Source: a virus. From it: a DNA stretch of 64,000 nt. Of the stretch, positions 25,900 through 35,456 are shown one piece after another; positions within the stretch are counted from its first letter, which is position 1; each line of letters begins with the position of its first letter. The translations under genes were made by a program, and so were the position numbers. The notes below the pieces were generated by a model, which did not search any database, was not told where the DNA came from, and saw only the letters and a program-made list of their open reading frames with translations. The stretch spans positions 128,001 to 192,000 of the IMG/VR virus record IMGVR_UViG_3300028840_006907. One strand, given 5' to 3'.

Positions 25900-27624
25900 T
25901 TAATTCATGGCAATTGAGTATATTTTTTTATTGTCAACAAATAACACTTTCATATGTTCATGGTATAATCGCATAGATACATTAATCGGTGTATTCGTAA
26001 TATCCTTACTTCCTTTATTATTTTTAAATAGAGACATTTTATCATTATCGACAGAGATGCACATTCCAGTAGGTAATGTAATAAAATTAACTGGATGGTA
26101 ATCAATCATATCTTCCTGTTTAATATCATAGCTAGTATGGGTTTTATCAAAACAAATTGTATATTTAAAATAACTTCCCTGTTTTTCTGTGACCACTATA
26201 CAGATTCCTTTATCATACCGGGCATCAATGATTCTTTGGCCGTCCAATTCTTTTACATAAGTATTAATACATTTCCCTCTTTCGAAAGGAATAGCTAATC
26301 GTATCTTTGTGAAATCATCCTGTACAATAACACCTCGGAAAGACTTATATGATTTGCTTATTCTACATACAGTTTTAGTCGTATGAATAACTCTCTGGAA
26401 TTTTTCAAAATGATTCTCTATCAATCTTCCATTATTAATGGTGTAAATATACCCATTATACCCCATTATGTCTTCAGCTTTGATGTCGGATATTGATTTA
26501 TTATTTAAATCAAAGAACTCAGCTTTTAAATTCTTGAAATAAACTATTAAGGGATCCGCTCCATAAGCTTCACACATGCCTACTATGGTTGATTTTAAAG
26601 GTTTATGGAACTTAACCACTTTATCTTTATTCTGGTCATATATGGCTTTAGAAGTTATCACAAAGCGTTTATCATTAAAGAAGAAGATATTCCGAATCGG
26701 TTCATTTACTTCGAATACTTTTTCTACTATGAAATCACCTCTACTAGTTATAGTTCTGGCAACTGCTGCTACAACCACGACCTCGTCCGGTAATGGCGGG
26801 ATGGATCTCTCATTATTTTTAAATTCTGATACATACCATTCAAAATGTTTTTTAGGGATCACAGAATAATCTTGGCACATGGCCGGTAATGGCTTTGCTC
26901 CTTTATCAAAATTTGAGACTCCATCATCCATCCTTTTAATCCATTGTTTCGGTTTATAATCGATATGTCTACTTTTGTAAGGGTGAATACCCAGATACAT
27001 TTGATAAGTTACGACACCCCAGGAGAACCAGTCAGAGTACTCAGTAAATTGAGCATTCTTAACCTGTCGATCTCGAACACTATCCATAAGAGCATCTGCT
27101 GGGAAGCTTTTTGTTTTCCAGGCATCCACATCAATGTGATAAACGGTCTTTAAATCACCGCTAAGAAGGAAATTCATCTCATTATAATCAACTACTAGGA
27201 AGCCATTTTTATGGATGTATTGTAGGGCTTTCTGCATTTTAAGAACTAGGTCAGCTATATCTGTTGGACTTAAATGTTTATTGTCTCTGAAAGTCTTAGT
27301 AAATACTTGGCAGAGAAATTCAACTCCATCAACATATCTCATTGTAAACCCAATGGGTGTGTGGTTCCTCACTTCATATAAAGGTTCTATGGGTGACAGG
27401 ATATCATCTCGTTTTAATTCGGTCAATTCGTGTATTTTTGCTTCTGGTATCATATTTTTAGTATCATGATAAATTTTATATGCAATCCCATTTAGATAAA
27501 AAACTGTTCCAAAACCACCAGAAGCTTTATAATTATCATCAGTCAAAGTAACAATTTCTTTTGTTGTCTGAACTTTGAATGACTTCTTTATTATCGGGTT
27601 CATTTTTGTTTTCGGTAAAATCAT
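25900..27624 (-). CDS. Ser/Thr protein kinase-like protein with large C-terminal domain
   Basis: Gly-rich loop GGFGTVF, lysine in IAYKIY, catalytic-loop-like HKNGFLVVDYNEMNFLL, DVDAW, SDWFSWGVVTY; about 330 aa C-terminal region unassigned. Confidence 0.55.
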   Translation of the reverse strand: MILPKTKMNPIIKKSFKVQTTKEIVTLTDDNYKASGGFGTVFYLNGIAYKIYHDTKNMIPEAKIHELTELKRDDILSPIEPLYEVRNHTPIGFTMRYVDGVEFLCQVFTKTFRDNKHLSPTDIADLVLKMQKALQYIHKNGFLVVDYNEMNFLLSGDLKTVYHIDVDAWKTKSFPADALMDSVRDRQVKNAQFTEYSDWFSWGVVTYQMYLGIHPYKSRHIDYKPKQWIKRMDDGVSNFDKGAKPLPAMCQDYSVIPKKHFEWYVSEFKNNERSIPPLPDEVVVVAAVARTITSRGDFIVEKVFEVNEPIRNIFFFNDKRFVITSKAIYDQNKDKVVKFHKPLKSTIVGMCEAYGADPLIVYFKNLKAEFFDLNNKSISDIKAEDIMGYNGYIYTINNGRLIENHFEKFQRVIHTTKTVCRISKSYKSFRGVIVQDDFTKIRLAIPFERGKCINTYVKELDGQRIIDARYDKGICIVVTEKQGSYFKYTICFDKTHTSYDIKQEDMIDYHPVNFITLPTGMCISVDNDKMSLFKNNKGSKDITNTPINVSMRLYHEHMKVLFVDNKKIYSIAMN

Positions 27625-28487
27625 TAATATTCCTCATTTAAATAAATAGTAGCAGTACCAACGTCATCATAATGATGCCAATTATGTTTTTTAACTTTCT
27701 TACCAAAAAAGATCATGCGCTTTTTTACAAATTCACCGGTAGTGTTTTTAAATCCAATAAATTCGGGTATTGTAATATCTAATCCTATATCTTTTTTATA
27801 ACTATCTCTGTAGGTTGATATACCATCTGTACATATTGTAACAGATAAGAGTTTATCCTTCATAATATTGGAAATTTCTTCGGAATAGATTGTATCAAAA
27901 GGTAATGAAGATTCAAGAGGATTTTCTAGCCCCTTTTCTCCTGACAAAGTAATAATTTCCCGAAAGCATTGAGGATTATCTTCACCTTTAATAGCACAAT
28001 TTTTTAAATAGACTGTTCTATCACTTATTAGATAAAATGGGGCATTTAAGGAATAATCTATTTTCATTATTAGCTGATAATTACCGCCATCTTCTTTTCT
28101 ATAATTAGCTGTAATGACACCATCACCCCATGCAAATACCAATACTCTTGAAGACAATCTTATAGTTATTAATAATGTGGCTTCCAAAGCCTTAGGAGTA
28201 ATGGGGTATATCTTTCTTATTTCATCAGCTCTTTTGTGAATGCCGTTTCCGAGATAAAATGAGAGTTCTTTCAGATTTAATCGTTCGAATAATCCAGTTT
28301 GGATACAAAATTCAATATTATATTTAGCAACATGACATAATATTTGAGCACCTACTTCAGAATGATCCGCAGAAGAACATCCATCTGCAACGATGCCATA
28401 CTCAATTCCTTTAAAAGAGCCACTTAATGCATAGTCTTGACAGACTAAATGAGTGCTTCCTTTTTCATAATATGAGTCACAGCTCAC
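27624..28487 (-). CDS. PP2C-family protein phosphatase-like protein
   Basis: YGIVADGCSS, VFAWGDGVI, TICTDGIST, DDVGTATIYL resemble PP2C metal-binding motifs; GTG start behind AAAGGAGG. Confidence 0.5.
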   Translation of the reverse strand: MSCDSYYEKGSTHLVCQDYALSGSFKGIEYGIVADGCSSADHSEVGAQILCHVAKYNIEFCIQTGLFERLNLKELSFYLGNGIHKRADEIRKIYPITPKALEATLLITIRLSSRVLVFAWGDGVITANYRKEDGGNYQLIMKIDYSLNAPFYLISDRTVYLKNCAIKGEDNPQCFREIITLSGEKGLENPLESSLPFDTIYSEEISNIMKDKLLSVTICTDGISTYRDSYKKDIGLDITIPEFIGFKNTTGEFVKKRMIFFGKKVKKHNWHHYDDVGTATIYLNEEY

Positions 28488-28546
28488 AATTACCTCCTTT
28501 TAGTAAGCACAGAAGGCTCCATTACAGAGCCTTCCTGCAAAAATTC

Positions 28547-29314
28547 CTAGTTAAATTTGAAATCTTTAATTGGTTGTGAAGGTTGTCCGGTGCCGAGGGC
28601 ATCTGACTGTGAGCTAACACTCTGACTCATAAACTGGGCTAGTTTAGCTAATTTTGATTCAGAAACATCACCCATTGATATATATTCATCAAGTCCAGCT
28701 TCTTCTTTGAAATCCGTAAGTAATTTCTTTAAATCTTTTCTACCATCATTAACACCAATAAGAATGGTACGAACTGATTCCATCGCTTCATCTTCATCAT
28801 TCATACTGTCTAATGTTTCTTTTATCATTTGTGGAGTAACACCGAATTCGGGGCAATTATCTTCACCATCAGTAATTATGAAAACCATTCCATTAGCATT
28901 TACGATCCTTTCAGAATTATAGAGCTTATTTATATAATCTCTCATGACGTCCAAACCACAAAGAGTCGCTTGAAAAAGATTTGTAGCATTCGCTGGAAAG
29001 ATCACATCGTCGTAATTATCTAGTTCAATATCACTCAGAAGCATCCATCCATGAATTTCCTGGATACCTCCATTATTAAAAGCGATAACACGTAATAAAA
29101 GATTCAAAGCTCGTGGGGAGCCTTTACATGACCCTACACATGCTTTTATCATTTTTTCCAGACCTGTTTTAAACCCTTTCACTGAATAGGTTTTATCAAC
29201 GATTATAGTGACTGCTGTATATTCTGTAGCTCCAAGTCTATCAACTTTAACTTTTGTATAATCGAATTTATGGAGAGATACATCGGAATCACTTACATTC
29301 ATAAACTTAGGCAT
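28547..29314 (-). CDS. von Willebrand factor A (vWA) domain protein, TerY-like
   Basis: VFIITDGEDN and vWA-like alternation of hydrophobic strands; first gene of the vWA / PP2C / kinase triad. Confidence 0.5.
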   Translation of the reverse strand: MPKFMNVSDSDVSLHKFDYTKVKVDRLGATEYTAVTIIVDKTYSVKGFKTGLEKMIKACVGSCKGSPRALNLLLRVIAFNNGGIQEIHGWMLLSDIELDNYDDVIFPANATNLFQATLCGLDVMRDYINKLYNSERIVNANGMVFIITDGEDNCPEFGVTPQMIKETLDSMNDEDEAMESVRTILIGVNDGRKDLKKLLTDFKEEAGLDEYISMGDVSESKLAKLAQFMSQSVSSQSDALGTGQPSQPIKDFKFN

Positions 29315-29326
29315 AAGTTATCCTTT

Positions 29327-30154
29327 CTAGAAAAAGTCCACTGTTGTAGCAACCTGCATACCATAATCATCTGCAGTATACTTGTTAATAAAGTCTTCAC
29401 CATTTTGCTCACATCCAGGTACACTTGAAGTAGCATCTTTGAGTAAAACGAATTTTTTAACTTGGTCGGCACCTAAATATTCAAAGATATCTCTGAATGT
29501 AAAGGAATAGCAGTGTGAAAGAGCTTCACCAGCTCCAAGAATTATATCATATTCCTTGATTACATTGATAAAATCTTCGTTTAATCTGGTTCCTTCATCC
29601 TCTGGGTCAATCACGTCAGCCACTAATGCTGAATAGTGCTCAGTGAAAGGATTACTCCCTTTGGTGGTACGGGGAGCAATACCGTAATAAGTGGCTTCCC
29701 ATTCAGAGACCGCATTGAGAAATTCAGGCTCTAACATTTGTCCATCACTTCCGATAATACAATGTTCAGGCCATATCATTAATTGATATCTGTTATTAGC
29801 CTTTAATTGTTTCAAGTAGTCAACATAACGCTCTTGAAAGCCTGGATTGAAAGCACGGTATTCTCCATCTAAGACCATTTCTAAAGTTAAGTACGTAGGT
29901 ACAGTATTCCCTTTGTGAAGGAAAATAGGTGTGGGGTGGTTTCCCTCTCTGTCAATCCAAGATCGGCTGTGAGCCACGTGGAGCTTATAATGTGAGTCCA
30001 TCGTGATTTGGATTTCATCAATATCACCCCCGAATTTTCGAATCATTTTTGAAAGTCTTGCCATGTCTTCAACGGCACCAGGAACAGTGAGAGTTCCCCT
30101 TGTAAAGTCTTTTTGAGGGTCAATTACCACAAGGCACACTTTAGGTTTTTCCAT
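29327..30154 (-). CDS. pncA: isochorismatase-fold hydrolase, nicotinamidase (PncA)-like
   Basis: VIDPQKDF (catalytic Asp region), WPEHC (nicotinamidase-type motif), candidate catalytic Cys in ALSHCY. Confidence 0.5.
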   Translation of the reverse strand: MEKPKVCLVVIDPQKDFTRGTLTVPGAVEDMARLSKMIRKFGGDIDEIQITMDSHYKLHVAHSRSWIDREGNHPTPIFLHKGNTVPTYLTLEMVLDGEYRAFNPGFQERYVDYLKQLKANNRYQLMIWPEHCIIGSDGQMLEPEFLNAVSEWEATYYGIAPRTTKGSNPFTEHYSALVADVIDPEDEGTRLNEDFINVIKEYDIILGAGEALSHCYSFTFRDIFEYLGADQVKKFVLLKDATSSVPGCEQNGEDFINKYTADDYGMQVATTVDFF

Positions 30155-30201
30155 ATCTTATCCTCCTTTAAGATTTAGTATATGTTATCTGTTATTTATA
30201 A

Positions 30202-30444
30202 TTAAAGCAACCCTTTTATATCAGCCCTTTCAATATCAGTTCTGTTAAAAAAGTTCTTATTTCCTTTTTTTCTAGGTTCTGGTAATACCCCGCATTTTAT
30301 ACGACGGTATATAGTTTGTTTGGATATATTATATTCAGTACAAATATCTCTCAAACTAATTTCATCTCTATGATGTTTGTAAAGTATTTTAGCTACTTCT
30401 TCTGCTATAGCTTTTGCTAATTTTTTAATATCTGCATCATCCAT
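30202..30444 (-). CDS. small HTH DNA-binding protein
   Basis: ISLRDICTEYNISKQTIYRRIKCG helix-turn-helix-like segment. Confidence 0.4.
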   Translation of the reverse strand: MDDADIKKLAKAIAEEVAKILYKHHRDEISLRDICTEYNISKQTIYRRIKCGVLPEPRKKGNKNFFNRTDIERADIKGLL

Positions 30445-30451
30445 AATATAT

Positions 30452-31624
30452 TTATATCATTAAATCTTTTTTACAATGTACAATCATATCTTTATTACCA
30501 GTGTTCTTTCCTTCGTCATCTGATAACTTGACTGTGTCAATCCATCTGCCATTTATCATACAGGCTATCATTTTAATAACAATATTCAATGGTATGACAT
30601 CTACGTCATTTGTAAACCAGGTTCCAATTCCATATGCATCTCTGATCAAATTGATGCAAGCTTTATGGATAGATTTCACTTTATCTATACTGTTAATAGC
30701 ATCAGAGAATACCAATGTTTTAAGCATCGGATCAATTCTTAATTTTTGGTATTTACTTACTGATTTAGTAATGAAATCAAAAGGTGAACCACTATCTTGC
30801 CGGAGACCATCAAAAAGTTTCGCAAAAAATGTATTGAATGTTTTTAGGAATACATCAGTAGTAAATGTATCTGGAAGAGCAATTCCAAGATCTCCTTGAA
30901 ATATATCAGACCATATTTTCAGAGCCATCTCATTAGCCATACGAAATCCATACATAGCTGCATGGAATTGATACCATTCATGAGCTTTTGTTCCTATGGG
31001 AGTTAAATTGTATTTCTTTGCTAGATAAACATTACTAGGTCCAGAGAAACAACTACCTAGATATTGCTTTGCATCACGAACTACTTCATCATGATTCTTT
31101 AGAGAGTATCTTCTACGAGTACCAAATTCAGCGATGGGTACTCCGATTTCTTTAAGAGCCATAAATTTCAGACGATTTCTTTCTTTACGTTCCTTACGAA
31201 TCATCTTTGTCTTACCAGTTTTCTCAAAATAAAGTTGACTGATAGTAGCCATCAAAGGTACTTCCCAAAGAATCTTTCGGTACCAGGGTCCTATATACTT
31301 ACAATGAAAATTAGATCCTTCTTGTGTTAATATTATCTCATCTGGGTTATACCGGTACCCACTAAGAAGATCGATATAGGCAGGATTTAAATAATAACAT
31401 TTTTCTTTAAGAAAGTCTATATCATCTTTGCTTAATGTAAAACCACGAAATGTGTCTATAATTCTCCTTAATTCATCGGCAAAGCCATCTGGAAACTCTC
31501 TACCATCACGGTTTATAAATTGGTACATAGCGAGAGCATTGGGGTATTTCTGACATGCCCCACACTGCATAGTGAATTTATACACATCATTATCGAGTAT
31601 ACCAGCTACGTACTCATTCTCCAT
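30452..31624 (-). CDS. pncB: nicotinate phosphoribosyltransferase (PncB-like)
   Basis: DNDVYKFTM, EFGTRRRYS, GPSNV...GTKAHEW match the NAPRTase signature pattern. Confidence 0.65.
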   Translation of the reverse strand: MENEYVAGILDNDVYKFTMQCGACQKYPNALAMYQFINRDGREFPDGFADELRRIIDTFRGFTLSKDDIDFLKEKCYYLNPAYIDLLSGYRYNPDEIILTQEGSNFHCKYIGPWYRKILWEVPLMATISQLYFEKTGKTKMIRKERKERNRLKFMALKEIGVPIAEFGTRRRYSLKNHDEVVRDAKQYLGSCFSGPSNVYLAKKYNLTPIGTKAHEWYQFHAAMYGFRMANEMALKIWSDIFQGDLGIALPDTFTTDVFLKTFNTFFAKLFDGLRQDSGSPFDFITKSVSKYQKLRIDPMLKTLVFSDAINSIDKVKSIHKACINLIRDAYGIGTWFTNDVDVIPLNIVIKMIACMINGRWIDTVKLSDDEGKNTGNKDMIVHCKKDLMI

Positions 31625-31712
31625 ATATACCCTCCTTTTATTTTATCTATTTCCGTTCTTTTATTTCTAAAATCCTTTTTTTATATTCTTATAATGGAAA
31701 GGAACTATCATA

Positions 31713-31943
31713 TTGGAAACTGAAAAACATATAAAAACGATTATAGCTGAGATTTTATGCCTTAAAGAAGATGAAATAATACCGCAAGCATCTATCGTAG
31801 ATGATCTTGGTGCAGATTCACTAGATGAAATAGAAATTTTAATGGCTTTAGAGGATGAACTTGATATAGATATTCCTGAAAATGAAGCTCAGAGAATGAA
31901 AACAGTTAAGGATATCTTAAAATATATTGAAGAAATCACCTAA
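31713..31943 (+). CDS. acyl carrier protein
   Basis: DLGADSLDEIE phosphopantetheine-attachment motif; 76 aa acidic protein; lone + strand gene within a minus-strand block. Confidence 0.6.
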   Translation: METEKHIKTIIAEILCLKEDEIIPQASIVDDLGADSLDEIEILMALEDELDIDIPENEAQRMKTVKDILKYIEEIT

Positions 31944-32017
31944 CTAAATACATAACTCCTAAATAGAATAAAAGACCAAAAATAGCAAATAAACTTAAGA
32001 GTATAAAATATGCTTTA

Positions 32018-32548
32018 TCATCTTTGGTCCATTTCATCATTAAGCCCTAACTTTTCAGAATATTCCTCAAAAAGAAATCTATGTTTATCACTTTTTGATA
32101 AATTGTAGTCTTCCCAAATATCCTCTACTATAGATGTACCATAAAAACATATCCCTGCACAATTATTACTATTGTATTCGTTATAAATTTTCATACAATC
32201 CTCACTCCACTCTATCAAATGACATCCTGCAGGAGGGGGAGGGAATGTTTCTACGAATTTTTTATAGTATCTGGATATTATTGGTAGTTTATTATATTCT
32301 ACAATAATGTAGTCAAAAGTTGAAGCATGAATTAATCTTATCCATCCTGGAATTTTTTCATCTTTTACTGCATCCCATAATCGTTTATGATTTTTTTCAA
32401 TTAACCATGTATCAAGATCACCTTTCTTTAAATATTTATTCCATATTGAATTCCATATGTAAGCGAGACCTCCCCAGGCATCCCTATATTCTTGATAGGT
32501 CTCTACAAAGCCGTTTAATTCCGCTACTTTTAATTCTGTGTAACTCAT
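32018..32548 (-). CDS. hypothetical protein
   Basis: ORF track. Confidence 0.4.
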   Translation of the reverse strand: MSYTELKVAELNGFVETYQEYRDAWGGLAYIWNSIWNKYLKKGDLDTWLIEKNHKRLWDAVKDEKIPGWIRLIHASTFDYIIVEYNKLPIISRYYKKFVETFPPPPAGCHLIEWSEDCMKIYNEYNSNNCAGICFYGTSIVEDIWEDYNLSKSDKHRFLFEEYSEKLGLNDEMDQR

Positions 32549-32580
32549 ACTTTTATGCTACCTGGTTCATTTTGTAAATG

Positions 32581-32793
32581 TCATATTTTAGGATTTTTCC
32601 ATTCTTCCAGTTCTCTAATTTTTATTATTTGGTCAAGAGATAAATCTGTATATTCAGAAATACCAAATTTTTTCATATATTTTTTAACGACTTTGCCTCT
32701 GGCTTCTAAAATTTTCTCAGTTTCTTCAGCCGCTTCTTTAGAACTAGTTGTATAATGTGTCTCACCGAATGGCGTTTTAATAGGATAATTCAT
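32581..32793 (-). CDS. hypothetical small protein
   Basis: ORF track. Confidence 0.35.
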   Translation of the reverse strand: MNYPIKTPFGETHYTTSSKEAAEETEKILEARGKVVKKYMKKFGISEYTDLSLDQIIKIRELEEWKNPKI

Positions 32794-32799
32794 TATTTT

Positions 32800-33726
32800 T
32801 TACCTTTTATGTGTGAGTAATTTTACTTTTAGATTTTTAATATTTTCGTTTTTATTATCACTACTGATGATCTGTGATAATATATCGACAATACCTGGAT
32901 TCTCCAGTTCCTGAACCATCATTTTACTTATCATACCATCAATAGAGATACAGCTATTGATTGTCATTTTTTTCATATTCTTGATATTATTCGCGTTGAC
33001 CACTTCAACGATGGTATTTATTTCACGTTTTATCTCTTCTTCAATGGATTCAATAAGGGTACCTATGACAAAGGTGCGCTCATCAGATCTAGGATCATGG
33101 GGATCATCTGCTATTACAAAAACAGCCTTACATTCTTTGACATTTGCTTTATGCAGAATATCCAGATCAGTAGGCATTCCCCTAATGAAAGAAATTTCAG
33201 TTTTAATATCTTCCGGAAGCTCTTCTAATTTTTCAGTTATTAGTACCATTTTACATTTAGAATATTTGGAAGTATTTTTTATTTCGTGAATGAAATATTT
33301 AATTTTCTTTTCATTGGGATATCCACAAAGGATAACATGATTTTTAAAGGCTATATCCATTAAGCCTCTCCTTTTCCTATTAATAAGATCGATTAATATA
33401 CTGGTTATAACACCGATTAAAGAGCCTATAATACCTATCCCAAGTATCATACAGGCATATGAAATGACAAACCGTCCTATAAAGGTTTTTGCATAAAAAT
33501 CCCCGTATCCTACGGTAGTCATTGTTACAATAGCCCACCAGATTGAATCCAGTAAAGAAATGTCTTGAGAGTCCCTTTCAACAAAATAGAAAGTAACTCC
33601 GAAGAATAGATTTAATACGGCAGCCAAACCTATTACGTATATTAAATCTCTTTTAAAGAGACTCCCAAAACGTAAAAATAATCTGAATATATTCATAAAT
33701 TTTATAATAGACCGTGGGAGAAACAA
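32800..33726 (-). CDS. potassium channel with RCK/TrkA-like cytoplasmic domain
   Basis: Selectivity filter TVGYGD flanked by two hydrophobic helices; VILCGYPNEKK Rossmann-like start of an RCK domain. Confidence 0.6.
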   Translation of the reverse strand: MFLPRSIIKFMNIFRLFLRFGSLFKRDLIYVIGLAAVLNLFFGVTFYFVERDSQDISLLDSIWWAIVTMTTVGYGDFYAKTFIGRFVISYACMILGIGIIGSLIGVITSILIDLINRKRRGLMDIAFKNHVILCGYPNEKKIKYFIHEIKNTSKYSKCKMVLITEKLEELPEDIKTEISFIRGMPTDLDILHKANVKECKAVFVIADDPHDPRSDERTFVIGTLIESIEEEIKREINTIVEVVNANNIKNMKKMTINSCISIDGMISKMMVQELENPGIVDILSQIISSDNKNENIKNLKVKLLTHKR

Positions 33727-33800
33727 CTTTAACTTTATATTTTTAATATTTAGCTTCGTTTATACGAAGAAGGGTAGATCCCCCACGGCTATGTTATTGA

Positions 33801-34469
33801 TTATAAATCATCATACCCTGGTAGATCTTGGCCTAATGCTTTTTCTGTTTCAGCATCAAGACTACCAGTAGGATCGGCACTTTGTTCAACAAGAGCATCA
33901 GAAGCATCTAACTCAGCTTGCATTTTTGCTTCTCTTTCCTTGAATTTAGCAACTGCTGACATGGAACTATCAGTATTTATTGTAGCAATGGCATCATTGG
34001 ATTTTTTAACTTCTTCCATTGTCTTCATGCGATCTATCGCACGTTTCATCGTGTCCAAATTTCCAGATAATGTAGTTACATTGCTCTCTTGCTTTTTATA
34101 AATGTTTTGATACTGTTCAAGACTCTTTTCCAGTGTCTGTAATTCGTTATCAAGTTCTAATTTAATAGCATATTGTTGTTTAGCCAGATCTTCATGTCCC
34201 GCCGTTTTTAATTTTTTTACTTTATCTATGCGACTAACAATTTCTTCTTTTTTAGTACTCACTTTTCTCTGTAAGCCCATTATTGAAGCTTTAGTATTTG
34301 CTAATCCAACTCTTGCTTTTTGAAAGTCCTCTTGTGCCTCTTCAATGTCTTGTTTAGCAAAAGCAATTCGATTTCCATCTTCAATTTTTTCTTCCACTTC
34401 GTTCATCTTTGCTTTACCAAATTTGAATATTGTTCCAAATAAACCCATTATCTTATCCTCCAATTTCAC
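33801..34469 (-). CDS. pspA: PspA/IM30-family protein
   Basis: N-terminus MGLFGTIFKFGKAKMNEVEEKIED matches the PspA/Vipp1 start pattern; remainder coiled-coil. Confidence 0.5.
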   Translation of the reverse strand: MKLEDKIMGLFGTIFKFGKAKMNEVEEKIEDGNRIAFAKQDIEEAQEDFQKARVGLANTKASIMGLQRKVSTKKEEIVSRIDKVKKLKTAGHEDLAKQQYAIKLELDNELQTLEKSLEQYQNIYKKQESNVTTLSGNLDTMKRAIDRMKTMEEVKKSNDAIATINTDSSMSAVAKFKEREAKMQAELDASDALVEQSADPTGSLDAETEKALGQDLPGYDDL

Positions 34470-34857
34470 TAATTTTTTTGATATTTTGACTAACTGTTAA
34501 GACCATCGATACAATTGACGCCTGCAATTCGTTAGAATCAAGGTTTGCGATTTCCAAGACATCTTTAAAAATGATTTTACCTTTACTTGTGTCCCATCCG
34601 AACCCACCGTGAACTGCTTCATCAGCATTTAGCTTTAATAGCAACTCACCAAATTCTTGTGATACTCGTTCGGCTGGACAAATATCCATGAGGAAAATTA
34701 TTGTTGTTTCCTCAACGTCAATAATTACTTCGAGCCCGGTATCGGGTTCGGTTACCAAGAAGATATCATCGGTTTTTTGTTCCGTATCGAAATCTCCTAA
34801 TTCTGTCAACATTTCGAAAACTTTAATTCCGTTTTCAATTTCTTTTTGACTTGCCAT
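34453..34857 (-). CDS. YbjN-like hypothetical protein
   Basis: Weak resemblance only; acidic 134 aa protein. Confidence 0.3.
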   Translation of the reverse strand: MASQKEIENGIKVFEMLTELGDFDTEQKTDDIFLVTEPDTGLEVIIDVEETTIIFLMDICPAERVSQEFGELLLKLNADEAVHGGFGWDTSKGKIIFKDVLEIANLDSNELQASIVSMVLTVSQNIKKISEIGG

Positions 34858-34888
34858 GATTTTTTATTCCTTTTTTATTTGTTATTTG

Positions 34889-35455
34889 TTATCTCATTGA
34901 AAGAATACTTACTTCGTGTTCTTTCACTTGACATCCATACCATATTTCTAGATATTCGTCATCATCACTACCTGACCATTCCAGAAATGCTATTGGATTA
35001 TTAATTTCACTATTCGTACCATATTCACAGATATGTAATGGCTCTCCTTCTTCTCCATTAACTTCAATTTCAACACCGAAAATAGGGGAAGATTTTTGAA
35101 TCCATGTTATATCTTCACCATCAAGTGTAATCTCGAAGTCATGTTCAAAATCTTCTCCATCTTCATCAATAATAGCTCCATAATAATCTGAAGCATCACC
35201 TTCCTGATCCAGATAGAATAATAAGATGTCAGTTACATTATCTACTTTCCGGATCATCAGCATATATTTACGTTTATCCGGAGCTATGACGATATAAGCA
35301 GTATAAGTGAAAAGATCACTTGGTTCGTGATAAATACGTACCTCTTCGATTTTGAAATCCACTCCATCACTAGCTTTAAAAGTAGCAATGGTTTGTAAAT
35401 CGGAGAGGGTCATAATATCACCTTCTCTGTGACCTAGTAATTCTTTTATTTCCAT
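34889..35455 (-). CDS. hypothetical acidic protein
   Basis: ORF track. Confidence 0.4.
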   Translation of the reverse strand: MEIKELLGHREGDIMTLSDLQTIATFKASDGVDFKIEEVRIYHEPSDLFTYTAYIVIAPDKRKYMLMIRKVDNVTDILLFYLDQEGDASDYYGAIIDEDGEDFEHDFEITLDGEDITWIQKSSPIFGVEIEVNGEEGEPLHICEYGTNSEINNPIAFLEWSGSDDDEYLEIWYGCQVKEHEVSILSMR

Positions 35456-35456
35456 C

